Both the position numbers and the translations under genes were made by a program. Of a DNA stretch of 64,000 bases, positions 37,247 to 45,944 are shown in pieces. The notes beneath the pieces are model-generated. The model had not been told where the DNA came from. It ran no database searches and worked only from the letters and a program-made list of their open reading frames with translations. The DNA is from Candidatus Microsaccharimonas sp. (GTDB taxonomy: Bacteria; Patescibacteriota; Saccharimonadia; Saccharimonadales; Saccharimonadaceae), in NCBI GenBank assembly GCA_049276535.1, contig JBASWP010000001.1, forward strand, positions 168,241-232,240. The letters are read 5' to 3'. The first letter of the stretch is position 1; every line of letters begins with the position of its first letter.

Positions 37247-38914
37247 CTATAGTTGTCCAAGCCTATTTTCAAAAGTAGCATTCAGAGCTTGTAACATAAC
37301 AGGCATCTCAGTCTCGAACTGCTCTTTGGTGATTGCGTCACCAACGCGTCTTGCTACGCTTACTTTACGGCCGCTACTAAATGCCGCGACGTCACTAGCG
37401 CTAAATGTCCAGGTCTCCATATATGTTCTGCTGTCCGACGCATCACTACATTGATCATCATGTTTATTCGGATAATACTCCTCTAGTGAGCCTACCCCTA
37501 GTTCATGAAGCTGATCATCTTTTGAAAAACTAGGTAACCTTGCGATCAGCGCAGCAAACTGCTCTGGAGACACCTTATTAGAATCGACTACTACTTGGTA
37601 TCTTTTATCATAAATAGTTGCCGAAAGGGGTGTGAATATCTTTTCAAGAGCACTGATTAACTGCACAGCTTCGTGCATATCTCCTTTCGCCGGGAGAAGC
37701 TTTACGCTTGCCCATTCTGGATAGTGGCGAGCTATTACACGCGTAAGAAACTCAACCTCCGAAGCGCCTTCAACTATTAAGAAGTTCGTGGGCAAAAGTA
37801 GGTCAGAAGGGCTCCCACCAAGCAAGTCGTAAATAACATTCTGCTTAGCCAACTTATCTTGTGGCTCGACGGTTGTGATACCATCCTCATACTTTTGGAC
37901 CTTCAATGTAACTTGTTTGTCTCCTAAATTCTCTTCCGCAATGAGCACAGACGAATGTGTGGTAAGAAAAATTTGATCACCATTCTGCGCCAAGTCTTCA
38001 AGTGCACGCTTCAAATGTCGCTGTGCTCTCGGATGAAGGTGCAATTCGCCCTCGTCAATTAAGAAAATGAAATTCTTTATGTCGGCGTTATTGCGCCTAT
38101 AATCCGCGAAGGTCTGTATGATAGCAAGCATTAAGGCTCGCTGCATACCATCGCCTTTTTCGTATGCTTCCGTGACTACGCCATCATCAACTTTTGCAGA
38201 GAAGTTCTTGAATAGGTCATTCAGATCGGGATTCTTTACCTCAAACTCCACATTCGTAGTTTCAGGAAACTGTTTCTGGAGATAAAGCTGCACACTTTGT
38301 GCAAGCTTATTTAATTCATCATAAATTTTGGAGTCTTTCGAACCAAAGAGCTCATAAAATTCATCGATGAATTTTTTATACTTCTCGTCTCCACTCGCGA
38401 GTATTTCGCTTAGGACACCCGACAACATTGTGCCGATCTGTGTGGTTTTGCCGTACTTTAAAACTTCCCTTAGATTATTCTCCGTTTGTACGAATTCGAT
38501 TGAAGGAAGAAAGTCATTTAGAGCTCTATCAAACCCAACCCCTGGATCATCGTATGTACCGTCAGGTTTGAGAATTTTTCTATAGGTCTTTCCTGCCTCA
38601 TCGACAGTACGAACAAGAGTAACGGTATCTAGTTCACCTATCTTGCTATCGAGTGTTTTCTGATTCTTTTCATTTTTCATCTTTGACAGGGCAGTCTTGA
38701 TGTCATCAAATTCAACTTCGATGTAAGGTGCTCTTGAAGTGCCTTTACGTTTATGTTGATCGACCGAGCCACCAAAATAGAACCAATTGATTGCATTTAA
38801 GAAATTTGTTTTACCGTGGTTGTTTTGTCCAACAAGTACGTTCAAGCTTGAGACACTAATCTCTATATCTTCTATAGAACGGAAATCTCTTACCAACACT
38901 CTTGTTATATTCAT
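37247..38914 (-). CDS. OLD-family nuclease (N-terminal ABC-type ATPase + C-terminal Toprim)
   Basis: 'LNVLVGQNNHGKTNFLNAI' Walker A right after 'VRDFRSIEDIEI'. 'LIDEGELHLHP' (Walker B/D-loop), 'FLTTHSSVLI' (H-loop). C-terminal 'FLIVEGASEVEF' and 'VVVDSN' are Toprim-like acidic motifs. AT-rich gene. Confidence 0.65.
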   Translation of the reverse strand: MNITRVLVRDFRSIEDIEISVSSLNVLVGQNNHGKTNFLNAINWFYFGGSVDQHKRKGTSRAPYIEVEFDDIKTALSKMKNEKNQKTLDSKIGELDTVTLVRTVDEAGKTYRKILKPDGTYDDPGVGFDRALNDFLPSIEFVQTENNLREVLKYGKTTQIGTMLSGVLSEILASGDEKYKKFIDEFYELFGSKDSKIYDELNKLAQSVQLYLQKQFPETTNVEFEVKNPDLNDLFKNFSAKVDDGVVTEAYEKGDGMQRALMLAIIQTFADYRRNNADIKNFIFLIDEGELHLHPRAQRHLKRALEDLAQNGDQIFLTTHSSVLIAEENLGDKQVTLKVQKYEDGITTVEPQDKLAKQNVIYDLLGGSPSDLLLPTNFLIVEGASEVEFLTRVIARHYPEWASVKLLPAKGDMHEAVQLISALEKIFTPLSATIYDKRYQVVVDSNKVSPEQFAALIARLPSFSKDDQLHELGVGSLEEYYPNKHDDQCSDASDSRTYMETWTFSASDVAAFSSGRKVSVARRVGDAITKEQFETEMPVMLQALNATFENRLGQL

Positions 38915-39003
38915 AAGTACAGTATAACAAACCCAATAGCATGACTTTAAGGAGTTCTAGACCCACTTACCCTATAGAGGTCGAGGGCACATGGGATTCG
39001 AAC

Positions 39004-39032
39004 TAAAAAACGACCAAAATCGGTCGTTTTTT
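39004..39032. terminator. Bidirectional intrinsic terminator
   Basis: AAAAAA-acgacc-aaaat-cggtcgt-TTTTTTATT. The hairpin is flanked by A and T runs. Confidence 0.5.
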
Positions 39033-39270
39033 ATTACTTTGATTTGCACCAACACTTTAGACCTATTCGGGTCACGCTTGGTGTAAATCGTGGCTGGGGA
39101 TGAGGGATATCGCAGTAAACTGCTCCTCCGTTCATTCGCTCAAAAATGTAAACACTTTTTCGCTTCATTCACTTCACCGAACCCTCCGTCGTTTTGCTTC
39201 GCAAAACCGGGGGTTCAAATCATACGTCCTAAATCAAGAAAATTGACCCGCAAAAGCAGGTCAATTTTCT

Positions 39271-39345
39271 TGGCTGGGGATGAGGGATTCGAACCCCCGA
39301 ATGTCGGCACCAAAAGCCGATGCCTTACCACTTGGCGAATCCCCA
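39271..39345 (-). tRNA. tRNA-Gln (anticodon UUG)
   Basis: Reverse complement reads 'TGGGGATTCGCCAAGTGGTAAGGCATCGGCTTTTGGTGCCGACATTCGGGGGTTCGAATCCCTCATCCCCAGCCA'. It has U1-A72, anticodon loop tTTTGgt, a canonical T-loop and an encoded CCA, and is close to E. coli tRNA-Gln. Confidence 0.8.
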
Positions 39346-39455
39346 GTAAGTGCACCTAAGGATTGTACACTAACCGAGGTGATCTCTCAAGTGTTAGGTG
39401 CTGACTAGATATAAAAATAAGCCCCGGTCGGGGCTTATTTAAGAATGTATCTAGA

Positions 39456-39974
39456 CTACGCTTTTTTCGCTTTGTGTTTAACGGTATGTACAAATTGTCC
39501 GTGAATTTCGAACAAGAAGTACCCGCTAATAGCGATACCGATAGCACCGAATAGAATACCGGTGATAAAGCCAAAGACGCTAAAGCTAAGTACTGCACCC
39601 AGTACCACTGACACTACGTTTAGTAGCCAGCTAGCGAATAGGATCACCCAACCCTTTTTCTGACCTGCTTTGAGGGGTTTTACTGCCATCGCCATCAACA
39701 ATACCTGTAGAACGAGGAAGACGACGCCCACAATTGCACCAACCAAGCTACTCACCGTCGCAGTCGGTGCGTAGATTGCGTAGGCGCTCATGAGGGCAAG
39801 AAGCGTAAAGATTCCGCCAATTGCTACCAGTCCACCGATCGCTGACAAGATTGTTCCGATCAGGACAATCCACCATACGTTCTGACCCAACCATTTCTGC
39901 CCAGCCACAGGAAGGTGCGGGACACTCTTCACCCAACCATGAATGGTCGACTCAAGTTTATTTAAGATATCCAT
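39456..39974 (-). CDS. Polytopic membrane protein, function unknown
   Basis: 172-aa hydrophobic ORF with several TM helices. Confidence 0.4.
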   Translation of the reverse strand: MDILNKLESTIHGWVKSVPHLPVAGQKWLGQNVWWIVLIGTILSAIGGLVAIGGIFTLLALMSAYAIYAPTATVSSLVGAIVGVVFLVLQVLLMAMAVKPLKAGQKKGWVILFASWLLNVVSVVLGAVLSFSVFGFITGILFGAIGIAISGYFLFEIHGQFVHTVKHKAKKA

Positions 39975-40015
39975 GTCATAACTCCTTAATTACTTAGTTT
40001 AATCATACGACCGAA

Positions 40016-40615
40016 CTAGCGTTTCGACAACTGTTTTTTTGCTGAAGTCTTAACAGATCCAGGCCACATTCCCCAACTACTCCAAGCAGCAATGATCGCC
40101 AAGCCAATACTGACGAATACCGCCCACCAGCCAGGCATCACCGCTACGGCCGTACCCAGGAAACCAATATTGTCAGTGATTCCGTCCTGCAGTGCCAGAT
40201 TCGTCGTGATAAACAGCCATATGCCCGCCACTAACCATCCGCAGCCCATACTGAAATAGCGAAAGGCTGGACTGAGGGGCATGCGCAGCAAGAATGGCAA
40301 TGCAAACACCTCTACAGATACCAGCAGCGCCGCTAAAAAGACCGAGAATTGCTCGCCGCCAGGCAATCCAAAGCCGATGATCAACGCGGGGAATTCATCG
40401 TAGGTAAACAGTTGAGCCACGACGAATATGACAATTACGATGGCGTAGAAAAGAGCGATTCGTTTCGCGTCCTTTGTTTTTGGTGTTGGTGCTTTCGTAA
40501 CAGTAGGGAAGATACTCATGCTTGCAGTATAATACCCCACTCTCCTTCTTAGCAAATTGTTGTTATTTTTATCAATATGCTTGCGCTTTACTGGTTCGTC
40601 CTTTACAGTAAACAC
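40016..40615 (-). CDS. Polytopic membrane protein, function unknown
   Basis: 199-aa ORF with several TM helices and a basic N-terminus. Confidence 0.4.
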   Translation of the reverse strand: MFTVKDEPVKRKHIDKNNNNLLRRRVGYYTASMSIFPTVTKAPTPKTKDAKRIALFYAIVIVIFVVAQLFTYDEFPALIIGFGLPGGEQFSVFLAALLVSVEVFALPFLLRMPLSPAFRYFSMGCGWLVAGIWLFITTNLALQDGITDNIGFLGTAVAVMPGWWAVFVSIGLAIIAAWSSWGMWPGSVKTSAKKQLSKR

Positions 40616-40737
40616 AAGCGAAAGTTACAAAAATAAACATAACTCCAAAAAAACATATGTTGTGACTGACTCGCTCTACGATATCCACCACAACGCAGTA
40701 CGTCCCCTCTAGGGGGCGTTTCTGTTTCTTGATATAT

Positions 40738-41391
40738 TTATTCAGCTTTTAGAGATTGTTCGTCGCGCCACTTTGCGATTGCCGCGTGATTTCCACTCAG
40801 TAGAACGTCGGGAACTTTCAAACCGTTAAATTCGGCTGGTTTCGTGTATTGAGGGAACTCAAGTGTCTCACCATCTGAAAAACTCTCGATCTCGGCACTG
40901 GATTCACCCCCAAGGACATTTGGCAACAAACGAACGATCGAATCAATAATAGTCATTGCCGGCAGCTCCCCACCCGTCAACACATAGTCGCCCACGCTAA
41001 CCTGTTCGTCGACTAGGCTGACTATACGCTCGTCATAGCCCTCGTAGCGCCCGCAGACAAAGATATAGCCTGTTTCTGCATCAGCCCACTCACTAGCCAG
41101 TGATTGCTTCCAGCGCTGCCCACGAGGGGTCATCAGGACGACTTTAGCCGTAGGGTCAGCTTTTTTAGCGGCTTTGACCGCCGCAAACAGCGGTTCAGGC
41201 TTCAACAGCATACCGTCGCCACCCCCATACGGGGTATCATCGACTTGCTGACGTGGCCCCACGCCATAGTCACGCAGGTTGATCAACGCAAATTCGGCAG
41301 CATTCTGTTGCTGCGCCTTCCACATCATGGAACTATTCAGAACGCCGTCGAACATTTCTGGAAACAGCGTGATTACCTGTAGCTTTTTCAT
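40738..41391 (-). CDS. trmD: tRNA (guanine37-N1)-methyltransferase
   Basis: 'LQVITLFPEMF' at the N-terminus, 'GRYEGYDER' and a SPOUT-fold pattern. Lies downstream of rpsP and the KH-protein gene as in the conserved operon. Confidence 0.85.
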   Translation of the reverse strand: MKKLQVITLFPEMFDGVLNSSMMWKAQQQNAAEFALINLRDYGVGPRQQVDDTPYGGGDGMLLKPEPLFAAVKAAKKADPTAKVVLMTPRGQRWKQSLASEWADAETGYIFVCGRYEGYDERIVSLVDEQVSVGDYVLTGGELPAMTIIDSIVRLLPNVLGGESSAEIESFSDGETLEFPQYTKPAEFNGLKVPDVLLSGNHAAIAKWRDEQSLKAE

Positions 41392-41503
41392 TCTCCATAA
41401 GTGTACGGTACATTGACGGTATTATCAATATGTGATAATGTAAGGATTGACCTAAACACAAATGGAGTTTAGTCAATTCGCCTAGCTTTTTGGAGTAACC
41501 GCA

Positions 41504-41752
41504 ATGAAGACCACCCCGCTCTTGCAGTCACCCGTCACCGACGTGGCGGCCGCAACAGAGGAGGCTTCGGCCGCCTCCAACCGTGAAGGGCTGCAGCAGG
41601 ACCTGATCGCACTCATGGTGTCGCCCGAGTCCGCTCGCTCTACTCCCTCGTCGGCAGTCGACCCCATCAGCGCCCTGCGCATGTCGACTCCGGTCGACTT
41701 CGACTCCGCCTTCAAGCGGTACCACGGCAAGCCGATGGCCACACACGCCTGA
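41504..41752 (+). CDS. Small GC-rich hypothetical ORF (island D), antisense to the ribosomal operon
   Basis: 82-aa ORF with a TTGACG promoter-like element about 60 nt upstream and a strong terminator at 41896-41922. It could equally be a non-coding insert. Confidence 0.3.
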   Translation: MKTTPLLQSPVTDVAAATEEASAASNREGLQQDLIALMVSPESARSTPSSAVDPISALRMSTPVDFDSAFKRYHGKPMATHA

Positions 41753-41895
41753 GGTTCCCCTCACCCACCATACGTCGTCCGTCGTGGCTCACCCCACGAC
41801 AACACATCGTGCGGCCTTGGGGGTAGAACCTCAGGCCAATCGACCTTTATATGAACGCGTTTCATATCGGGGCAGATTGGCCTAAAATAACAAAT

Positions 41896-41922
41896 AACCG
41901 CCCTAATACTAGGCGGTTTTTT
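41896..41922 (+). terminator. Intrinsic terminator after island D
   Basis: 'aaccgccctaatactaggcgg' hairpin followed by TTTTTT. Confidence 0.6.
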
Positions 41923-42009
41923 GTACACATAAGCTCTCAACAAATGTGGTGATTTGTCGCTCGCATGAGCCATTTCTCGCAGTCCAAGAGTTTCTGAACT
42001 TAAGCGTTA

Positions 42010-42441
42010 TTATATATCAAGGTCGTCGAGTTCTGCAAGCTCTGCACGGGTCTTTTTTGAGTAGGCTGAACCGTTGTCCACAGACTCATCTGTCGAGGTT
42101 TCCACAGGTGCATCGGTCGCATCATCAGAAGTTGTATCAGAAACAGGCGTTTCATCACGATCATCAGATGAGATCGTATGAGTTGGCCCATCGCCATCAT
42201 TGTTAACAATCTTCAAGTTATAGCGAGCGTCGTTCTTTGTTCCTAAGGCACGTAACAGCGTACGCAAACTTTGGGCAGTCACGCCACGCTTACCAATAAC
42301 GCGACCGAGATCTTCTGGATTGACGGTCAAACTAAGTAACACACCTTTTTCATCAATAATACGATCGACAATAACGTCGTCCGGGTGTCCGACAACGGAT
42401 TTTACGATATATTCTATGAATTGCTGGTCAATGGTCGACAT
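42010..42441 (-). CDS. KH-domain RNA-binding protein (YlqC/UPF0109-like)
   Basis: 'LGRVIGKRGVTAQSLRTL' GxxG KH motif with an acidic C-terminal extension. Lies between rpsP and trmD. Confidence 0.7.
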   Translation of the reverse strand: MSTIDQQFIEYIVKSVVGHPDDVIVDRIIDEKGVLLSLTVNPEDLGRVIGKRGVTAQSLRTLLRALGTKNDARYNLKIVNNDGDGPTHTISSDDRDETPVSDTTSDDATDAPVETSTDESVDNGSAYSKKTRAELAELDDLDI

Positions 42442-42522
42442 AATTCCCCCTTATAGTGACGTTGGTCGTGCATCTGATATCGTAATTTAATTGTAGCACG
42501 AATCCGCTTGTGCTCTCCTACA

Positions 42523-42551
42523 TTGACTTTTATAAGCATTAGTGATATAAT
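42523..42551 (+). promoter_or_regulatory. Consensus sigma70 promoter TTGACT-17-TATAAT driving island E
   Basis: TTGACT at 42523-42528, a 17-bp spacer, TATAAT at 42546-42551. A GGAG ribosome-binding site precedes ATG 42604. Confidence 0.55.
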
Positions 42552-42603
42552 ATATAGCGTTGTTATAGAGATACTATAGCCACAGCACCTGAAGGAGCAC
42601 CCA

Positions 42604-42801
42604 TTGGACATCGTCGAAGGCGAGCTGAACCTCCACGCCCACTACAACGGCTGGACTCAGCACCAGCTGGAAGCTGCACAGGACTACCTGCGCGCCCTCC
42701 ACTCCGACCCCAACGCGACACCGCCGCCCACCAAGGTCTTGTCCATAAACAAGGCCAACGTCGTCAAGACGCTGATGGAGCGGTACGCCGGCGTCAGCTA
42801 G
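42604..42801 (+). CDS. Small GC-rich hypothetical ORF (island E)
   Basis: 65-aa ORF with a consensus promoter, a ribosome-binding site and two downstream hairpins. No motif recognised. Confidence 0.3.
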   Translation: MDIVEGELNLHAHYNGWTQHQLEAAQDYLRALHSDPNATPPPTKVLSINKANVVKTLMERYAGVS

Positions 42802-42829
42802 GCTTCTACGTGAGCCCCTCGGTGTTGAT

Positions 42830-42914
42830 CCCCGTCCGTCGCCTCCCCTGGCTACGGACGGGGATCGCCCCAACTTTTTGAAATCAAAAACCCGCCGAGT
42901 TGGCGGGCTTTTTT
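42830..42914 (+). terminator. Tandem intrinsic terminators after island E
   Basis: Hairpin ccccgtccgt...acggacgggg followed by CAACTTTTTG. Then 'cccgccgagttggcgggc' followed by TTTTTTATT. Confidence 0.6.
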
Positions 42915-42927
42915 ATTGGGCTGGTAA

Positions 42928-43347
42928 TTATTCAGCTTTTTCTTCAGTTGCTTCTTCGACAGGAGTTTCTTCGACGGCAACTTCTTCCGCAGGTGCTTCA
43001 GGAGTTTCGATAACTTCTTCAACTTCCTCTGCGGGACGGTTCTTGCGAAGTTTGTCGGAGTGGCGAATTGTTTTTACCTTGTCAGTAGTGAAATCTTTGA
43101 CCCACTTTGGCATAACAACACCGGCATCTTTCAAAAGCTTTACCACTCGTGGTGTTGGTTGTGCACCGTTATTAAGGAACTTTTGTGCCTGTTCAACTTG
43201 AATATTAACTTCTTTGGTGTGTGGGTTGTAGCTACCTACATAGGCAACAACACGACCACTTGATGGGTGGCGTTGAGATTCTTGGACCGCGAGGCGATAC
43301 GTTGCGTATCCCTTACGTCCGAGGCGTTGCAATCGGATTGCGAGCAT
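42928..43347 (-). CDS. rpsP: 30S ribosomal protein S16 (with C-terminal extension)
   Basis: 'MLAIRLQRLGRKGYATYRLAVQESQRHPSSGRVVAYVGSYNP'. Confidence 0.85.
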   Translation of the reverse strand: MLAIRLQRLGRKGYATYRLAVQESQRHPSSGRVVAYVGSYNPHTKEVNIQVEQAQKFLNNGAQPTPRVVKLLKDAGVVMPKWVKDFTTDKVKTIRHSDKLRKNRPAEEVEEVIETPEAPAEEVAVEETPVEEATEEKAE

Positions 43348-43443
43348 AAAACAGAAACTTCCTTTAACTCTATAAAATTATTTTTAACTCTCGGATGATT
43401 TTACACTGTTTCAATCTGTAAGTCAACCTAGTACTGGTGGTGC

Positions 43444-44154
43444 TTATTTACCGTCGCCGTAATACTCTAACGCGGCTTTGGCGGCCACCTGTTGGGCATG
43501 TTGCTTACTAGGGCCAGTACCTTGACTGACCAAACGATCGCCTGAATAGACGCCCAAGGTAAACATTTTGTCGTGGTCAGGCCCGACTTCTTCCAACACA
43601 ACGTAGCGTGGCGTCACTCCGTCAGTTCGTTGCATAACTTCTTGCAGGTGTGACTTTGGATCACGCCAGCTGCCGCTGACCAAGATAGCGTCAAGCTTTG
43701 AGGTAATGTGCTTTTTGATGAATACTTCCGCGTCGGCGTAGCCTCGCTCCAAGTAAATCGCCCCGATCAGCGCTTCAAAGGCATTTGCCAGAATCTGCTG
43801 ACGGGCTCGATCACCGCCTTGTTTTTCACCACGGCTCATACGGATCAATGATTCATACCCCAGTTTTGTCCCAGCCTCGCCAATACTCTCGGTACGCACC
43901 AGCGATGCGCGCCAACTGGTCAAAATACCTTCTGGTTCGCTGTAGTTATTAAACAAGAAATCGGTCACGACTAGCTCTAAAACAGCATCGCCCAAAAACT
44001 CGAGGCGTTCGTTGTGTTCGTGAACGCTTTTGCGGTGTTCGTTCACGTAGCTACGGTGGGTAAAGGCAGTGATCAGTAGATCGATTTTCTCAAACTCAAA
44101 GCCCAGTATTTCTCGAGCAAATTCTTGGTATGGTGCCACCTGCATCCCCGTCAT
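43444..44154 (-). CDS. rnc: Ribonuclease III
   Basis: 'ERLEFLGDAVLELVV' RNase III signature plus a C-terminal dsRBD. Confidence 0.9.
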   Translation of the reverse strand: MTGMQVAPYQEFAREILGFEFEKIDLLITAFTHRSYVNEHRKSVHEHNERLEFLGDAVLELVVTDFLFNNYSEPEGILTSWRASLVRTESIGEAGTKLGYESLIRMSRGEKQGGDRARQQILANAFEALIGAIYLERGYADAEVFIKKHITSKLDAILVSGSWRDPKSHLQEVMQRTDGVTPRYVVLEEVGPDHDKMFTLGVYSGDRLVSQGTGPSKQHAQQVAAKAALEYYGDGK

Positions 44155-44649
44155 TTATAAATTCTCCTGCCTTATACGTTTCATACCTAGTAGCATCAGT
44201 TTGCCGATATCTTCGTATTCAATGGCGTCGAGGGCATCGTGGAACGAGAACCACTTGATACCATTCATCCATTCTTCTTTTTTGATGGCATTCGTATCAC
44301 CCATGGCTCGGACCAAATATATCTGGGTGGTCATCAGAACTAGTTTGTCGATACGACGATAACGAAAATGAATCTTACCTAACCAGCCGAGGATTTCGAC
44401 GTTAGCTAGCCCTGCTTCTTCACCAATTTCACGCTTAGCGGTTTGCTGCGCGGTTTCACCTTCTTCGATGTGACCTTTTGGAATCGTCCAGCGGTCTTTG
44501 GCGTCTTGGATCAGCAGGATTTCGATAGCACCCTCTTTGCCATGGCGAAATACAATACCTCCCGCGGTTGGTTCGCGGACGATTTCTTGAATAGCTGGTT
44601 TTTTACGAGAAAAATATTTCTTGAATTTATCAAACTGTGGTGCGGCCAT
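44155..44649 (-). CDS. Nudix hydrolase
   Basis: '[22 protein letters not shown]' Nudix box. Confidence 0.65.
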   Translation of the reverse strand: MAAPQFDKFKKYFSRKKPAIQEIVREPTAGGIVFRHGKEGAIEILLIQDAKDRWTIPKGHIEEGETAQQTAKREIGEEAGLANVEILGWLGKIHFRYRRIDKLVLMTTQIYLVRAMGDTNAIKKEEWMNGIKWFSFHDALDAIEYEDIGKLMLLGMKRIRQENL

Positions 44650-45088
44650 CAGTGGCTCCCTCTATAAGTGTGCGGTAGGCTGTTCCCAGCACTCCATTCA
44701 CAAACTTACTCGAGTTATCAGAACCAAACGCTTTTGCGAGTTCGACGGCTTCATTGATTGCTACCTTCGGAGGGACGACATCAGCTTGATGCAGTAGCTC
44801 ATAGATACCAATACGAAGGATATTGCGGTCAATTCGGGCAATCTGTTCAAGTGGCCAATCGGGTGCGATCGGCGTGATCTTTGCGTCAATGTCGCTCTGT
44901 TCTTTTAGAACGCCAGCGACGAGGTTTTCGACGAACTTCGTGTCTTGGATAGCCTCTTCGTACCTCGAAATGTTGCGCTCAAGGACTTCCTTGATCTCAA
45001 CCGAAGTGTCTCCAGACTCGGTACGAAATTCGTACTCGTAGAGTGTCTGGAGGGCGACGATGCGACCGAGATGACGATTAGATGCCAT
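44630..45088 (-). CDS. nusB: Transcription antitermination factor NusB
   Basis: 'LQTLYEYEF' ... 'RIGIYELL' NusB-fold pattern. 152 aa. Confidence 0.75.
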   Translation of the reverse strand: MASNRHLGRIVALQTLYEYEFRTESGDTSVEIKEVLERNISRYEEAIQDTKFVENLVAGVLKEQSDIDAKITPIAPDWPLEQIARIDRNILRIGIYELLHQADVVPPKVAINEAVELAKAFGSDNSSKFVNGVLGTAYRTLIEGATDGRTTV

Positions 45089-45132
45089 AATGCGTTTGTT
45101 TCTCTTGTTAATTAAATGTACAGATTAAAAGC

Positions 45133-45282
45133 TTATACGGCTTTTTTCTTGCCCGTTTCCTTACGGGTAGTGGTGACTTTGACCGGTGAACTTCCATTCA
45201 CACGGCGAGCAAGCACCAGTCGCAGGTGGCTGCGACGTAGGCCGGTTTTACGCGGGCTACTTTGCTTTTTTGGTTGTCCCAT
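45133..45282 (-). CDS. rpmF: 50S ribosomal protein L32 (short form)
   Basis: Minus-strand ORF not in the track: 'MGQPKKQSSPRKTGLRRSHLRLVLARRVNGSSPVKVTTTRKETGKKKAV'. It has the RRSH motif and is preceded by a GGAG ribosome-binding site. Confidence 0.55.
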   Translation of the reverse strand: MGQPKKQSSPRKTGLRRSHLRLVLARRVNGSSPVKVTTTRKETGKKKAV

Positions 45283-45394
45283 TGAAAGTACTCCTTTAAT
45301 AGGTGATTGTTAAACTTGTTGTTATTATACTATTTACCTCTCAAGTACTCAAGTGGTTATGCTTATTCTGATTTTGTGGTATGGTAGGAATAAC

Positions 45395-45943
45395 ATGGCT
45401 GAAACACAAAAATCTGAATTCAATTGGAAAAAAGCTGGCTTGATTGCCGGAGGAATTATCGCTGGAGCTGCCGTCGCTGGTCCAACGGTAACAAATGCTA
45501 TCCAAGATGGTGAACGACAAGCACGCGCCGACGAAAAAGAAGCAGCCGCAGAAGCCTACAAGGACGCTGTTAACGAAGCAGTTAACGCGGCGTACGATCG
45601 TAAAGAGGTTGTTGATGAAATACACGTCACACAGGGTGGTCCGTTTCTTATAGATGCCGCCGAAGATATCCTGAAAGCAAGTCTAGGCGAAGATGTCTAC
45701 AAAGAAAATCGTGGCCGACTATACGACCTACTTCAGGACACGGCTCAAGTATATACCTCAACTGGTGATCCTCAACCAGGCTCGACATTTTACGTCGTTG
45801 AAACCGACTTCGATCACAACCCAGAAAATGGTAAAGAATATATTGTCACCGACGGAAAGGGCGGCATCATCGAAGAACCTACTGATACTATTCCTTCACC
45901 TCAACAAATCGACGACACTCAACTACCGACACTCGATCAATAA
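45395..45943 (+). CDS. Membrane-anchored hypothetical protein
   Basis: The likely start is ATG 45395 after an AGGAA ribosome-binding site; the track ORF starts at 45353. 'MAETQKSEFNWKKAGLIAGGIIAGAAVAG' is a TM helix followed by a soluble acidic domain. Confidence 0.4.
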   Translation: MAETQKSEFNWKKAGLIAGGIIAGAAVAGPTVTNAIQDGERQARADEKEAAAEAYKDAVNEAVNAAYDRKEVVDEIHVTQGGPFLIDAAEDILKASLGEDVYKENRGRLYDLLQDTAQVYTSTGDPQPGSTFYVVETDFDHNPENGKEYIVTDGKGGIIEEPTDTIPSPQQIDDTQLPTLDQ

Positions 45944-45944
45944 A

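Noticed and set aside
38960-39030. 'gttcgaatccc' T-arm-like fragment suggesting another tRNA
   Set aside because: Flanking sequence cannot form acceptor, D or anticodon stems. Only an 11-nt match to the tRNA-Gln T-arm exists. It is more likely a degraded fragment than a gene.
45116-45313. Track ORF 45116..45313 (+), 65 aa
   Set aside because: The opposite strand encodes a far more convincing ribosomal protein L32, with an RRSH motif and a GGAG ribosome-binding site. The plus-strand frame is a likely artefact.
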